Shown in pieces: positions 50,819-64,000 of a DNA stretch of 64,000 bases. Positions within the stretch are counted from its first letter, which is position 1; the number at the start of each line of letters is the position of its first letter. The stretch is taken from NCBI RefSeq assembly GCF_000315625.1, contig NW_005434479.1:11582-75581 (forward strand), given 5' to 3'. The DNA is from Guillardia theta CCMP2712 (taxonomy: Eukaryota; Protista; Cryptophyta). Below the pieces are notes generated by a model. That model ran no database searches. It saw only the letters and a list, made by a program, of their open reading frames with translations, and was not told where the DNA came from. Position numbers and translations under genes: made by a program.

Positions 50819-51554
50819 TCACTTGGACCTCATCTGAGCCTGCAGCTGCATGTCAACCGGTCTTCCTCTCTCCTTCCTGCTACCTGCAGCGTTGCAGTAG
50901 CCAAGGCGATGAGCCAGGCTGGAGCTCGAGTGCCAACCTACGCAGTGAGTAGATGAGACGGGAGGAGACAACGAGACGGAGGAGAGGAGAAAGGCCGGAG
51001 GCTGGACAGGAAGGACGAGGGAGAGTAGAAGTGGCGAGGTGAGGATGTGGGGGAGATGTGGGGGGTTCGACCTTGAGGCCTTCTAGCAGATCTCTCTCCG
51101 CCTCTGCTGATCGTCGTCTGCTCTCGTTGTAGTCCACTATCAGAGCGTAAAAAGTCTCTCCTGCTCCCGCCAGCTTGGGAGTGAAACGCCAGCCCAGGTG
51201 CTGATAACCATCGCACGACGAACACACCAAGATATCCCCTGCAAGTACATCAACAGAACCAGAGCACAAGAAGGGAGAGGTGAAGAGTAGAAGAAGAGAA
51301 GAGAGAGGGAGGAAGGAGTGGAGGGAGGAAAGAAGGAGGGGGACGAGAGGACTGAAGATGTGTGGGGTCTGAAATCTTAGGTATCTCTGCCTTGGCTTAC
51401 ATTGGTAGTCAGGGAACCAAGAGTCGCTTGCGGCGGCAGCATCAACGGGGATGATGAGAAGGCCTTCGGGATTGATCGTCCTCGTCCTAATGAGCTTGAA
51501 GGGCAGCTGCTGCGGGTTCAGCCTGTCGGGCTGCTTGAAATGATAGATGGGAAC
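50819..51554 (-). CDS. Cereblon-like CULT (thalidomide-binding/Yippee-fold) domain protein, 3' exons; 5' part lost in or beyond gap 51631-51730
   Basis: Exons 51554-51401 and 51238-51072 splice to LNPQQLPFKLI...SDSWFPDYQ-W-DILVCSSCDGYQHLGWRFT...FYALIV, giving the tri-Trp cage and second CxxC; then VGTRAPAWLIALATATLQ|..MRSK*. Confidence 0.85.
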
Positions 51555-51788
51555 CTAAGCTGAAGTCAAACCTACTCCTTACAGGAGGGAGGAGGGAGGA
51601 GGGAGGAGGGAGGAGGGAGGAGGGAGGAGGNNNNNNNNNNNNNNNNNNNNNNNNNNNNNNNNNNNNNNNNNNNNNNNNNNNNNNNNNNNNNNNNNNNNNN
51701 NNNNNNNNNNNNNNNNNNNNNNNNNNNNNNCCCTCCCTCCCTCCCTCCCCTCCTCCTCAGCTTCGCTATCTCATTCTTCGCTTTTCAG

Positions 51789-52880
<1,092 letters not shown>

Positions 52881-52993
52881 ATGAAAGAGGGGTAGGGGGT
52901 TCCTACATACGGGTCTTTGAAAGCGTAAATGGGGTCAAAATAACGGTGGGGTATATGAAATGCCACTGCATGGGTAGGGTGAGTCAGGAAGCC

Positions 52994-54679
52994 ATGGCAA
53001 GGAGGGCGAGAATGGGCGAGCGGGTGCTGCTGCATGTGTACGACCTGTCGCCGATGAATGCATACGCGTAATGCTGCTCCATGCTCCTGCTCCTGCTCCT
53101 GCTCCTGCTCCAGCTCCAGCTCCAGCTCCAGCTCCTCCTGCGTGCCATCTCCCCTCCCCCCCCCCCTCTCCCGCTCCTCCATGATCTCCTTCAGTCCCTC
53201 GCTCAGCTCTCTTTCTTCGTCCCCTTTCTCCCCTTCGCTCTCTCCTCTTCCCTCAAGTATCTTGTCACGCCCTGCTTTCCTCTGCTGCCACCGTCGGCCT
53301 CCTCTGTTTTCCCCTCCAGCTCATTCCTAGCTATTCATTGACCGACATGCTCAGCTACGATTTCGGGTTCGGTGCTTTTCATAGCGGGGTGGAAGTGAAC
53401 AGCGTGGAGCACACGTTTGCAGGGAACGAGAGCTCATCCTCAGGCATAGTTCGCCATCCGCCCAAGCAGGTTCCCTCCGCTCGCTTCCGGATCAGCATCG
53501 ACATGGGCGAGACGAACAAGTCAAGCTCGGAGATCGAAGCGGAGGTTCGATGGGAGGGAAGATTTAGAGAAACGTGACTTGGCAGTCAGCTTGCGTTCTT
53601 GGGGCAGCACTTTCAAGGGAACACGTATCATCCCGTGATGAAGAACTGTAATCACTTCTCGGATGTAACATTTGTTGTTGTTTAGTTGCTTTGTTGCTGA
53701 TGGTTATTTGCAGGCGTTCTGTCAAGCTCTTGTTGGCAAGCGGATTCCTGGTTGGATCAACAGGTGAAATCTCGAGATGTTATTTGAATGCAAGGCAAGG
53801 CATCTCGTTGAGATTTGCCGTCGCAGATTGGCAAACATGGGATCATGCTTCTCGTGTCTCCTTCCCACCGGTAATAGGAGCTATGATTGAAAATTTCGAA
53901 TCTAACTTTCAGTTTACAGCGAACAGGAGCTCTGATCAAGTTTGAGATGTCTTCGATTATACATCATGTTTGACGTGCATGACAAGGGCTTTCTGACGAG
54001 CCAAGCAAGTTCCTTTAGTGCCTTCAGGGGAGAGGTGAGGGAGGCGGTTGGTAGAGCTCATCTGACTTGTTCTCGTGTAGGGATTTACTCTCAGTCCAGC
54101 TCAAATTCAGATGTCGAGAAGAGAGACAACAGCTGCAGACAAAGATCCCGAAGAAAGGTTATCCCTTGCCCTTGCCCTCGCCCTCGCCCTCGCCCTCGCC
54201 CTCGCCCTCGCCCTCGCCCTCGCCCTCGCCCTCGCCCTCGCCCTCGCCACCGTCCCCCCGCCCCCGTCCTCGTCATCTCTGACGATGTTTTGCTTATCTT
54301 GATGCTTCTATCTTCTTATTTATGTTCCCCCCATTGTTTTCTTTCCACTTTCCTACTTTTTATCCTCCCTCTCTGATACTTGGTTGGTCTTTACTTGGGT
54401 TGTGGATCTTCGGCCTCTTCCCTCCTCCCTCCACTATTTAGCATAATTTTAATTAGACTTGGTAATAAAAAANNNNNNNNNNNNNNNNNNNNNNNNNNNN
54501 NNNNNNNNNNNNNNNNNNNNNNNNNNNNNNNNNNNNNNNNNNNNNNNNNNNNNNNNNNNNNNNNNNNNNNNNCCTCCTCCTCCTCCTCTACTTGGTCTTG
54601 ACGTGCGTGCAGCCGTGCCTTGCTAGCTTCAGCAGCTCTCGCCCGTCTGGGAAGACAGCACGAGGTCTCCCAAGACTAA
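52994..54679 (+). CDS. PPPDE/DeSI family deSUMOylating/deubiquitinating peptidase (DESI2-like), multi-exon
   Basis: VLLHVYDLS, GAFHSGVEV (catalytic His), YHPVMKNCNHFSD (catalytic Cys), IPGWINR|LANMG; last exon RALLASAALARL..* after gap 54473-54572. Confidence 0.92.
54174..54247. repeat. (CCCTCG)n intronic microsatellite
   Basis: Directly visible. Confidence 0.95.
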
Positions 54680-55158
54680 GAAAGCTCCCCTGCCAATCTG
54701 CTGTCCTCCTCCTCCTCCTCCTCCTCCTCCTCCTTTTTTCCTTCCTCCTCCCCCTCCTCCTCCACCACTTCCCCCCCCTCTCCTCCACCACCACCTTTTC
54801 CTCCTCCTCCTCGTTCCACCCTCCTCTGTCCTGCCTTCCTTCCAATCGTGATCATCACCATCATCAGAAGTCAGTCCCTATTCGAGTGATATTGTTTCAA
54901 CCCCCATGCATTCTTGCCTTTCTTCCTCCCATCTCCTTGAACTGCACAATTTTCATATTTCTTTTTTCCCTCAATGTTCTTTCTCCGTTTCACATTTTAT
55001 GTTTCTCAATTGTGCTTGTATATGACTTTTCTCTTCCTTACGAAAATATCACGCCTATTTCTTATTCTTTACATAATGATGCGGCAAATAAACTCATCTT
55101 TCAAGAAAACGACCTTTTTGTCAGAGTGCTTTGGTTCTCGCTGATCTAAGAAACACTT

Positions 55159-56657
55159 TCATATAATTTTCGTTGCCATCTCCAACCCTCGAGCAAAGCA
55201 GTGAAGTTTTCCGTCGACGGCCATTCCTTGGGCGATCATTTCGTTAAGTTGACCCCTGAGGTTCTGTAGAGGAAAACGCCTCAGTTCTCCCACTCCCCTC
55301 CCTTCCCCTCCCTTCCTCGTTTCCCTTCTCTGCTTTTCCCTCTTCTCTATTCATTTCCCAGTTCATCCCCTTTCTTCCTCTCCCTTGGTTCATTCTTGGT
55401 CTCCTCTTCCTCGGCTTGGTACTCCCCGTATTCCTCCAACGAACCTTGAGAGGCAGTCGGAGCACTTGGATCGCTTCTCCTTCCTCTGCTACTCCGAAGA
55501 GCTTCATAGACGTGAGCCAGAGCAAGTTGGAGCGAGAAGAGCGAGCAGCAACACCTTCCCTTCCTCTCCTCTCTTCAACGACGCTCTGTTTTCTTCCGTG
55601 TCCCCGTCAACCTCTACAATCTGTGACCAGTCTAGTCAGCACTCAGCACATCTCTTTCTCATCTTTACGATAAGTTTGCATGCCGCGTTGGTGATGCCTG
55701 GGTCATTGCAAAGAGCTGTCTCATCCTCATCCAGCACCTTCCCAGCTCGCAAGCCAGTCTCCTCCAGCAGCTCGCGGGTCTGGGGGAAGGAGGTGAGGCA
55801 GGAGGAGAGGTGGATCGTCTTACCGCTGCTTCCTCCACCTTCTCGTTGGGATCCACCAGACCTGTGCAGCTGAGGTAAGCAAGACGAGCAGGACAAGAGC
55901 AGCTGGATGATGCGAGCAGAAGGCAAGAGGAACGCGAAAGGAGGAGGAAGCGATCAGGTACCGGCAGGCGCCTCTATGCATATCTTTCCTAGCGCAGGAC
56001 GGAATTGAGTGATGAGGACAACTTCGGAGTCAAAGCCTGAGCCACGATGAGCTAAGGAAGAGAGGGAGAGGAAAGGACCTGCGCGGCGAACGATAGGGAG
56101 GATGGCAACAGCACTGGCTTGCGGAGACATAAAGGGGGGGCCTATCAGCTGTGAGGGAGTCTGAAGAAGAGTGAAGAGGGAGGTGAGAGATTGAGATCGA
56201 GCAGGGAGAGAGCAAGAAAGACGAGTGGTCCAAGGGGAGAGGGGAGAGAGAGGAGACCAGGAAACGAGCCTGACCTGAAGGGCTGAACCCAGGACGCTCA
56301 GCCGCATCCCACTGCATGACGCCTCCTCTTCCATCCCTCCAAGTCAGTTTGACAAGCTGCAGCCATCTGTAGCAGATGTGTCATGAGAAGTTGCGAGGAG
56401 AAGCTGGCGTATGAGATCAAGAGAAGGAACAGTAAAGAATGATGAGCAGCACGTTGGACGTTGAGGAAGTGACAGCCGAATGTCTACAAATTGAGAAGCA
56501 GGATCAAAGATGAGGAGGCGAGAAGTTGAGAGGAAGAGCAAAGGAGATACCTTGTGGATGCGATGACTTCCTTTGCAACGATTTGTGGCGGATGTTTGTC
56601 ATCAGCTGTAACATCATTTACTTTCATGGTGAATGCTCTTCTTTCTCTTGTCGCCAT
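55159..56657 (-). CDS. Nudix hydrolase, ADP-ribose pyrophosphatase (NUDT5/YSA1-like), multi-exon; may extend 5'
   Basis: WLQLVKLTWRD..QWDAAER, AVAILP, LITQFRPALGKICIEAPAG|LVDPNEKVEEAA|.RELLEETG (Nudix box), DPGITN, EEGEAIQV, VDGKLHCFARGL..*. Confidence 0.9.
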
Positions 56658-57477
56658 CTTCGTCCAATATGCTAAGGAAGTTTCAGCAGAGCTGGAGAAG
56701 AAGAAGCTAGTGACAACATGGAGAAGAAAGGCAGCTCCTACACAATCCCCGCATCCTCATTTGATGGCTGAGAACATTCTCCTGTTGAAATATCAACAAC
56801 TGATGATGATGGAGATGATGATGATGCAGATGATGATGGAGATGATGCTGATGGAGATGATGCTGATGGAGTTTACGGAGATGAAGACGATGATAATGAC
56901 GATCATGAGGAAGACTTGTCTCTCACCAACACAGATGGGCGACTGGACATAACTGGAGCGAACAAGACTGTTCGATATAAATGCATCTTGTCTGATGACC
57001 ATGATTCAAATGTCATTGACAACATCACAGTTCATTGTACTTGAAATGATACTCTTGCCCAGCTTTTCTTGTAACTATTCACATCCTCGCTTTGCCTATG
57101 CTGGATATTCACGTCTGGGCTGCTGCTGCTTCTTCCTGCATGTCTGCCCTATCTGCTGCTGCTGCTTCCTTCATATCTGTCTCATGTTTTTCGTCAGCTT
57201 CTCCTCCTCCGCTCTTCTGCTCCTGTGTTCGCTGCTGGTTGCTCCTATGGCCGCATCGTCACGATCCGCCCTATTCCGAGTTCCACGACGGTTGCTGGGG
57301 AGGTACTGACCGGAATGTGCCCTTGTACTGATTTTTAACTTAACTTTGAGTAAACTGAAGTCACCGGGAATGGTGGTTGTGAAGTTGGAGGGAGAGAGCG
57401 TGGAAGAGGGGGAGGGGGAGGTGAACGATTAAGAAGGAGAAGGAGCTCGGAAGAAAGGAGGAGCAGGCGGAGAGAGA

Positions 57478-60400
57478 ATGTCTCAACGCTCCGACGAAGC
57501 CTCAGAAATCGAAGATGAAGTAATCAGCGAGGAAGAAACATACGAGGACGAGGAGATGCGCAAAGATGATGGTGACGGCACGGAGTCTGCCGATGACGAC
57601 GAGGAAGCAAGAGGAAGAGCAGGAGACGAAGAGAATGAGGCATGGGGTGAGGGCGTTGGAGAAACCGGCTGCCAGGCACAAGAACATGGGACTTTCAAGG
57701 AGCAGTCTGGTGAGGCAAATAGAGAGAAAGGAGGAGGAAACGTCAACGAAGAGGAAGGAGGAGGGCAAGCAAATGAGGAGGAGAAAGAAACTGGAGGAGA
57801 GGGAGGACAAATGAAAGGAGATATAGCATCGCCTTTTGCAGACGAGGAGCAGCCCGAGGTGGAGCTCCCGCGTTATGATGGGGCAGACTTATGGCTTCAC
57901 AGCATGAAGGACGGTATCAGAGCTGGCTCTGTCAGCAGCACTTCGGTGGAGCGCGACAGGTCTGATAGCTTCGAGCCGGTCGTGCAAGACCAGGAGGAGG
58001 ATGAAAACTTTCTACAACACGACGAGGAGGAGCATGCGGAGTACGCGACGATCACACAATTCAGGAGCGAGATTGCAGAGGTGGACAAAGAAGAGCAGGA
58101 GAAGCTCCGAGTCGAGTCGATGTGGCCCTCCTTTCAGTGCGTGTTCTACGACTACCTTCTCCGACACGTTCGGAACCCAATCGTTCGAAAGGTTTTCTTC
58201 TGCCTCAGCAGGAGGAAGCATGAGGAGTGCGCGAGGTTTGTTGAGGACGAGGTGAACGGAGTTCTGAGCAGGAAGGCGAAGGGGGAGGAGGAGGCAGCTC
58301 AGCTGCTCTCTGTCGTTGGTAACTACTGTGCGATGCATTTCCTGGGCATGTGTGAAGACCCGGTAGCAGAGCGAGTACTGAAGAAGGTGGAGGTAGTCAC
58401 GGGTCACTACACCCCCTCCTTCCCCATGAAGCGCATCCTCCGCTGCTGGACGCTGTGCAACCTCGCAGTCTTCTTCTGCTCCTCCCGCATGCAGCCCGTC
58501 GCCCTCGAGTACTTCGACTGTGCGATTGAGCAGGAGAAAACCAAACCGCGGGAGGAGGCGAAGATCTTGATTTGTCTCGCTCGCTCCTCCTTTCTTTGCC
58601 GCGCAGCACGTTTCATGGAGGCCATCCGAGACCTCAAGCTTGCGCAGCATTTGATGATGAAAGGAGGGGAGGGAACAGGAGGAGGAGAAGGAGGCGGGCG
58701 AGCAGGAGGTCGAACATCAGAGTACGAGTCTTCAGTTGCTCCTTTTGCCCGACACCATCACTTGATCATCTTGAATTTCAACATGTCGATCGCAACCATG
58801 TGCGACCCCACCAACTTCAACATCCAGATTCCTCGAAGCTTCTCGCAGGTTGAACTTTCTCTGTTCTCTCTGCTCGCCTTCTTCCTGACATGTCTCACTT
58901 ACTTGTGTCTTGCTCTTCGATTCACTGCCTCCCTCAGCTTGCTTGGGAAGAAGCACGCGGCTCGCGCTTCACACAGGTGAGCATGGTGGAGAGCAACATT
59001 CGCAAGCTGGTGCTGCAGCTGAGGAACACGCTGAGCAGCGACGTCGAGTCGGACGTCTTCCTCGACTTCCTCAATGCTGTCAGATCGTCCTCAGCTCTTC
59101 CTCACCCGGACTTTGCGGGCACTTCGAGCGACTTCCTGGTCATCAAGACCATCGCCCACGAAAGCTTTGCCCGCCCTTCCAGCAGGTTGGATCGCCCTCG
59201 GTCTGGAAGGCTCGGCGATAGAGGGGAAAGGCGGCGCCCGTCTCCATCTCTACAGGTAGAACATCCGCTGAGACAGGGAGGAGGGAGGGAGGAGGTGAAG
59301 AAAAACGAGCTCGGGCGAATGTTATCATCTCCCTTTGCACGACGGCACGTCAGGACAGAGTGGCTGTTGCATGCTCCGGTGCTTGACCTTGTCGTGTCAA
59401 AGTCGCTGCTGCTCTTCCTCCGATCCGTTGAAGACATGATGGAAGAGGAGGAGGCAGCAGACAGTCTTGTGCGGATGGAGATGCTGAGTCAGAGCCTGAG
59501 GACGAAGGAGATGGAGGAGAGTCTCCGCCCCTCCTCAAGCAGCGACGTCAACATCTCTCTTGTCTTCACCTGCAACAAGTTCGGATTGAGTCTGCTCCTC
59601 AGAAACAGACCTGAGCATGCTTCGGTGACTGTCCCTTCATCTATCTCTCCCTCATCTTGTTCTTTCCATCCTTCACTTGGTTCCTCACAAATGCTGCTGC
59701 TGATCGCCCATTCTTCCTCGGCTCCTGATGCTTCCCTGACTTGGTTGAATCTGCAGATTTTCTTCGGAGCTGCCATCACGATCGCGCGACATGAGAACAA
59801 CCAGGAGATTTCTTCTTCGCTCCTCGTGTGGACCTTCGACACGTTGGCCTTGTCACACTACCAAGCAAAGCAATATTCTCTCTCCCTGTCAGCTCTCCAG
59901 CAGGCTCTCCATGAATGCGTGAAGGCGATGAAGGTACCCTCGCGTTGTTTTCATCAGTCCTGTGCGATCACTCCATCCTCCTCGTCTTTCTCCACTCCCT
60001 ATCTTCTTGTCTTCCATTCTGCTTCTCGCTGCATTACCTGACTGTTTCTTTTGCATATATCACTTCTGTTTTTTCGCTGAGTAATTGTGCTGGCAGATTT
60101 CGAATCTTGACCTTCAAACTCACACGCTTGAACCATCGGATGGCATCAAGATGTTGTCACAGATACTTGACGACAGCGAGAGAGAACAATCACATATGCT
60201 GGACGAGAGAGAGAGTGAACAAGAGAGTAAAAACCAAGAGGAGGGGATGGGAGGGCAGGAGGAGGAGAGGAAGAAAGGAGGAGACCAACCAAGGCAGAAG
60301 GGAGGAAAAACATCGATCTTTGCGGGAGAGGAAGAAGGGACTGGCGAGCAAAGAAAAACGAGCAGAGAAATCCTTAACGATCCCCTTTTTCTTCATCTCA

Positions 60401-62350
60401 TTATCATCCTCGCTCATCGACTAGAGGCTCTTCTTCTCGTTGAAAATTTCTTGCGAGCTCTCGAAGAGGTTCTTCTCTTCCCCGACCTCTCTTGTTCCCC
60501 TCCTCACCTTATCCTGTCTCTTCATCTTCCTTTAGTCTGACTGAAATGTATCCCTGCCAGGGTCTGCAGCTTCTCGCGCTCCTCCGCCGGCTCAACGAGT
60601 CCTCATGCTTTCAGGCATCTGCTCATGTCACATCAAAAGCATGTGGGCCAGAAGGAGCCTTTCGAGTGAGGATGGTCAGCAACTAATCCTCATCTCCTTT
60701 GTTCTTCTTCTACTTTCTCTTCTCCGCTCTTATCACTTGCACCTCTTTGCATTCGCCTTCACCTTCTCTTCCTCACTCTTGTTTGCAGTCTGCCATGAAG
60801 CGTCGCAGCAAGACATCAGCGGCTCTTCTGCTCCCACGGGTCTCCTCCAACCAGTGGAAGAATGCAGACGTTCTTTCATCGTTCGCCTCCTCTTCTTCCT
60901 TGTCGCTGAAGCGAAAACCCGTAGTGGCCATTCACTCGAGCATGTAAGCAGCTGATTCGGACACACGTGTGGAAGGGTTTGTTTATGAATATTCTCGCCC
61001 GTCTTTCAAGAGCGCATGGAAGAGGAGGAGCACCAGAGGAAAGGAGGAGGGAAGAGGGAGAAGGGAGGAGGGGAGGAAGACGATTTCATAGTCATGCCAC
61101 TATAGTTCTTTCCTTATTCATTTATTCAGGTACATTACTGCCTACGTGGCGTATGCTGTTGCCATAGCCTCGATGATGCTTGGAAGAATTTCAGATGCGC
61201 AGGGGCTGCTTACGTACATCACCTTTTTTTGTTCCTACCACTCGTTTGCCATCAAACCTCTAAGCTTCTCACCATTCCTGGCTTCACAAACTTGTCTCAA
61301 CTTCTATTAATCGTTTCGTGCCCATCTCTCGCTTGCTACGCTTCTCTCTCTCTCCTCTCTTCTCTACGCATTGTTTCCCCTTCTTTTTTTCCCGACCATC
61401 CCATGCATCTCCTCATACTTACTGGCAGGTTTGCTATACAGCTAGGAGCAAGGATAGAGCAGCGAGGTAGGGGAGGACTGATACAATCTCATGAAGGCCG
61501 AGAGTGCAAGAACTGGGATGGAGAGCTGGGAGAAAGCAGCCTCAAGAGGATGGTAAATTTCTGTTACCACCACCACCTCCCCTCCAACCTCTTTCTCTTC
61601 CTCCTGGTTCTCTCCCTCCTCTACTTCGCTCCTCTACCTTCCTCCCTCCTCTTCAACAACATTCAACTCACGATGTTCACCCTTGATATCGTTTTTCTTC
61701 CATTCCTTCTTGAATTTTCTGCAACCATTACTTCCTCCATCACCACCTCCTTCTGTTTCACACAACACATCGCTCGATGTCTTACCGTCAACTGTTGTCA
61801 CCTGGTGTTTTTCGTGTTCAATCGTATTATCCATTGTTGAGCTTTGTTTTCCTCTTCTGTGGTCCCGCTGACTTTTGAACTCTGAGATTGAGGACGCACG
61901 CGAGCTCTTCGAATTCATTCGCAGAGAGGGAAGTTTCCCCAAAGAGGAGAAGTAAGTGTCAGGGGAGGACGAGCAAGAGAATAAGGAGGAACAAGAGGAA
62001 GGGAGGGCGTGGAGGAAGCAGGTGGTAATGTTGGTGGACTTGGCAGTGGCTAATATGGGGGGGGCGAGGGAAGTGAGATGAGGAGGTTAAGGAGGTGTGC
62101 GGAAAGGTGAAGGGGGTTTGATGACCAGCCGTAGCAGGTCGAACGTGAGACTTGCTACTTCACACCAGTCGCGGCCTTCCACCTCGATGAGGACGCGAAG
62201 CTCTAAGGGTTCGAGCCTACGGGAAACAACAAGCGACGTGGGTGGGAGACTGCTTCTTCCTCCTCGACCCCGTGCGTCTAATACTCGATATCCTACTTGC
62301 CTGATACGTCTGCAGATTCAGCGCTTGCGCGGATCGAACATGGACATTGA
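57478..62350 (+). CDS. Large hypothetical protein, acidic N-terminus and TPR-like helical repeats, multi-exon; 3' end uncertain
   Basis: 500-aa and 383-aa ORFs linked by GT-AG introns; TPR-like TLCNLAVFF..VALEYFDCAIE and TFDTLALSHYQAKQYSLSLSALQQAL. Confidence 0.65.
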
Positions 62351-62440
62351 AATGAGAAGGAAGTTCAATTGTTGTGGCAATGCATCAGGGTTGTGTAGAT
62401 GAAGTTTTATTCTTGTTTTTGCTGTTGTATATTGTCAAAA

Positions 62441-64000
62441 CTACAGGGCCTTGCTGATTTCTCGTACTGAATGTATCTTCTCATCAATTCCATTCAGAAT
62501 CGTTGGAAGATCAAAAATCTCATCCTTCCCCTCCTCATCCTCATCCTCCGGTTCCTCTTCCTTGTCTTCTTCCTTTTGTTTGTTGTCCTCGTCTGCAGCG
62601 CCTTCCTTCCCACTCTCTATCATAAGAGCAGCCCTCGCCTCCTCTCGAGCCTTGAGAGCCTCTGCCTCTTTCTTGGCCTTCCACTTGTCTTTCATTCTCG
62701 CGAAGAATCCGGATGAGAAAGCTGCGATGAGGAACAAAGTGCAGAGAGCGAAGAGGCCCCAGATCTCCCAGATGTCCATCACGTTACCTCCATCTGCCAC
62801 CACCTCTGTACATGTCAAGTCATTGGCTCTCAGACCGTAAGACTGCAGGTAGTCGTCTACTGCTCCGGCCTCAGTCGCTTGCAGCATTGCCGAGCTCAAG
62901 GGATGGTAGAAGATGGAGGAGTAGGGGAACCCAAGGCCGTAGCCGTTCACGTGAAAACCATCGCCGATGGTAACGAGACTACATTTGCCAGTTCTGCTGT
63001 AACGGTTGTTGAGCTCGTTATATACGACAGGCCCGTCGTAGAAGAGCGCGTCTGGTCCGCTTCCTGCCCTGGCGCTGGGGTAGAGCCTCCCGCACTGCAC
63101 GATGTCGAAGATTCCATACGAAGCCCCAGTTGTCAATTTGCATGGATTCACCGATGTGCTTGACACCAGTGGTTGGCCGTTGGTGTAAATGGAATCCACG
63201 CGATCAGCAGTGAAGATGGAGATGGTGATCTTGGGATCCTGCTGCATGATTGTTTGCAGATAGTTGAACTGATCCGATGGAATCATTGTGGTCGTCGAGG
63301 TCCCAGCGACGAACTTGCCAAGATAGGGAGGCTGTGGGTCTCTCGGGTTCCAACTTGGCCCGAGCACAAGAGCGCTGAATTGACCAGACGTGAAGGACTG
63401 AAAGTCTTGCACACTGACCACAACAGCCTGCTGGGTCAGGAAAGCTGCGATGGCTCCAGTGTAGGTGGCAGTGATTAAGGTGCCGAAGAAGAGATGCGAG
63501 AGGTAGACGATTCGTCCTCCCAGTGTGAATGCATCCTTATCTGGAGCTGCACAAAGCGTACAGATCACCCAGTACCAAGTGTCGAAGAACATCGCCTTGC
63601 CCTGCCGGATGTTCTCGACGTTGTAGGGGGACTCGATCATCAGCAACGACACAAACACAACTATACACTCCAGCAGAATCGCTCCCCACAGCCAACCTGT
63701 GAAGGGAAGGAAAACGTTGACAAGACCGTCTATGGGAATTTGAGGCGGGATCGGGCGCTTCACTATGTGTTGCTGATACTGATAGTAAGACGACGTGAAG
63801 GAAAGAAGATCTGAGAATCGTGAAGCTACTGGAATCGCGCCTGCAACAAGATCTGGGCCTGTGCTTGCACAAGTGGGATCCCCGATGCGCGTGCAGGACG
63901 TCACGTTGCTGGGCCCTTTGTAGGCCTTTGCCGCGGCCGCGCATCTCTGCCCATTATAGGTTGTATTCCAAGACGAGGGTGGGAGTGCAGAAAATGATCC
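62441..64000 (-). CDS. Ionotropic glutamate receptor-like channel (GLR/iGluR), C-terminal part; continues beyond the window
   Basis: S1 end FTSSYY, M1 FLPFTGWLWGAIL, pore FFDTWYWVICTL, M3 LITATYTGAIAAFLT, S2 GYGLGFPYSS, M4 IWGLFALC; frame open to base 64000. Confidence 0.9.
   Translation of the reverse strand, partial: GSFSALPPSSWNTTYNGQRCAAAAKAYKGPSNVTSCTRIGDPTCASTGPDLVAGAIPVASRFSDLLSFTSSYYQYQQHIVKRPIPPQIPIDGLVNVFLPFTGWLWGAILLECIVVFVSLLMIESPYNVENIRQGKAMFFDTWYWVICTLCAAPDKDAFTLGGRIVYLSHLFFGTLITATYTGAIAAFLTQQAVVVSVQDFQSFTSGQFSALVLGPSWNPRDPQPPYLGKFVAGTSTTTMIPSDQFNYLQTIMQQDPKITISIFTADRVDSIYTNGQPLVSSTSVNPCKLTTGASYGIFDIVQCGRLYPSARAGSGPDALFYDGPVVYNELNNRYSRTGKCSLVTIGDGFHVNGYGLGFPYSSIFYHPLSSAMLQATEAGAVDDYLQSYGLRANDLTCTEVVADGGNVMDIWEIWGLFALCTLFLIAAFSSGFFARMKDKWKAKKEAEALKAREEARAALMIESGKEGAADEDNKQKEEDKEEEPEDEDEEGKDEIFDLPTILNGIDEKIHSVREISKAL

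Noticed and set aside
55159-56657. Functional cluster of the ADP-ribose pyrophosphatase with the kinase-PARP gene
   Set aside because: About 36 kb and many unrelated genes apart; NUDT5-like genes are housekeeping; no evidence beyond the shared theme

Overview
Eukaryotic nuclear DNA: gene-dense, with many ~45-60 nt GT-AG introns, longer introns filled with GAG/GCAGGA/GGGA microsatellites, and four N-gaps. The style suggests a cryptophyte alga (Guillardia/Hanusia-like); this is inference only. Genes reconstructed by manual splicing are importin-alpha (with an apparent frameshift), Mediator MED25, an 1103-aa uninterrupted kinase + PARP/tankyrase-type catalytic domain fusion, an Mpv17/PMP22 protein, a Rubisco-LSMT-type SET methyltransferase, a Dispatched/Patched SSD transporter, an RCC1-repeat protein, a CEP70-like coiled-coil protein, a cereblon-type CULT protein, a PPPDE/DeSI peptidase, a NUDT5-like ADP-ribose pyrophosphatase, an acidic/TPR-like protein and an ionotropic glutamate receptor. 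A debris island (28.2-33.2 kb) holds minisatellites, a near-identical copy of part of the 41-kb locus and a deleted chromovirus Ty3/Gypsy. Two candidates stand out for novelty. (1) The kinase-PARP fusion, which keeps the H-Y-E triad and has an atypical kinase (HGD/DFD, no Gly-loop). (2) Two small orphan genes flanking the Mpv17 gene, which share only a 25-aa C-terminal motif and each have a dense upstream GGTCAAA/TTTGACC cluster. Most short ORFs in the supplied track are microsatellite or antisense artefacts. Ends of spliced genes are approximate.
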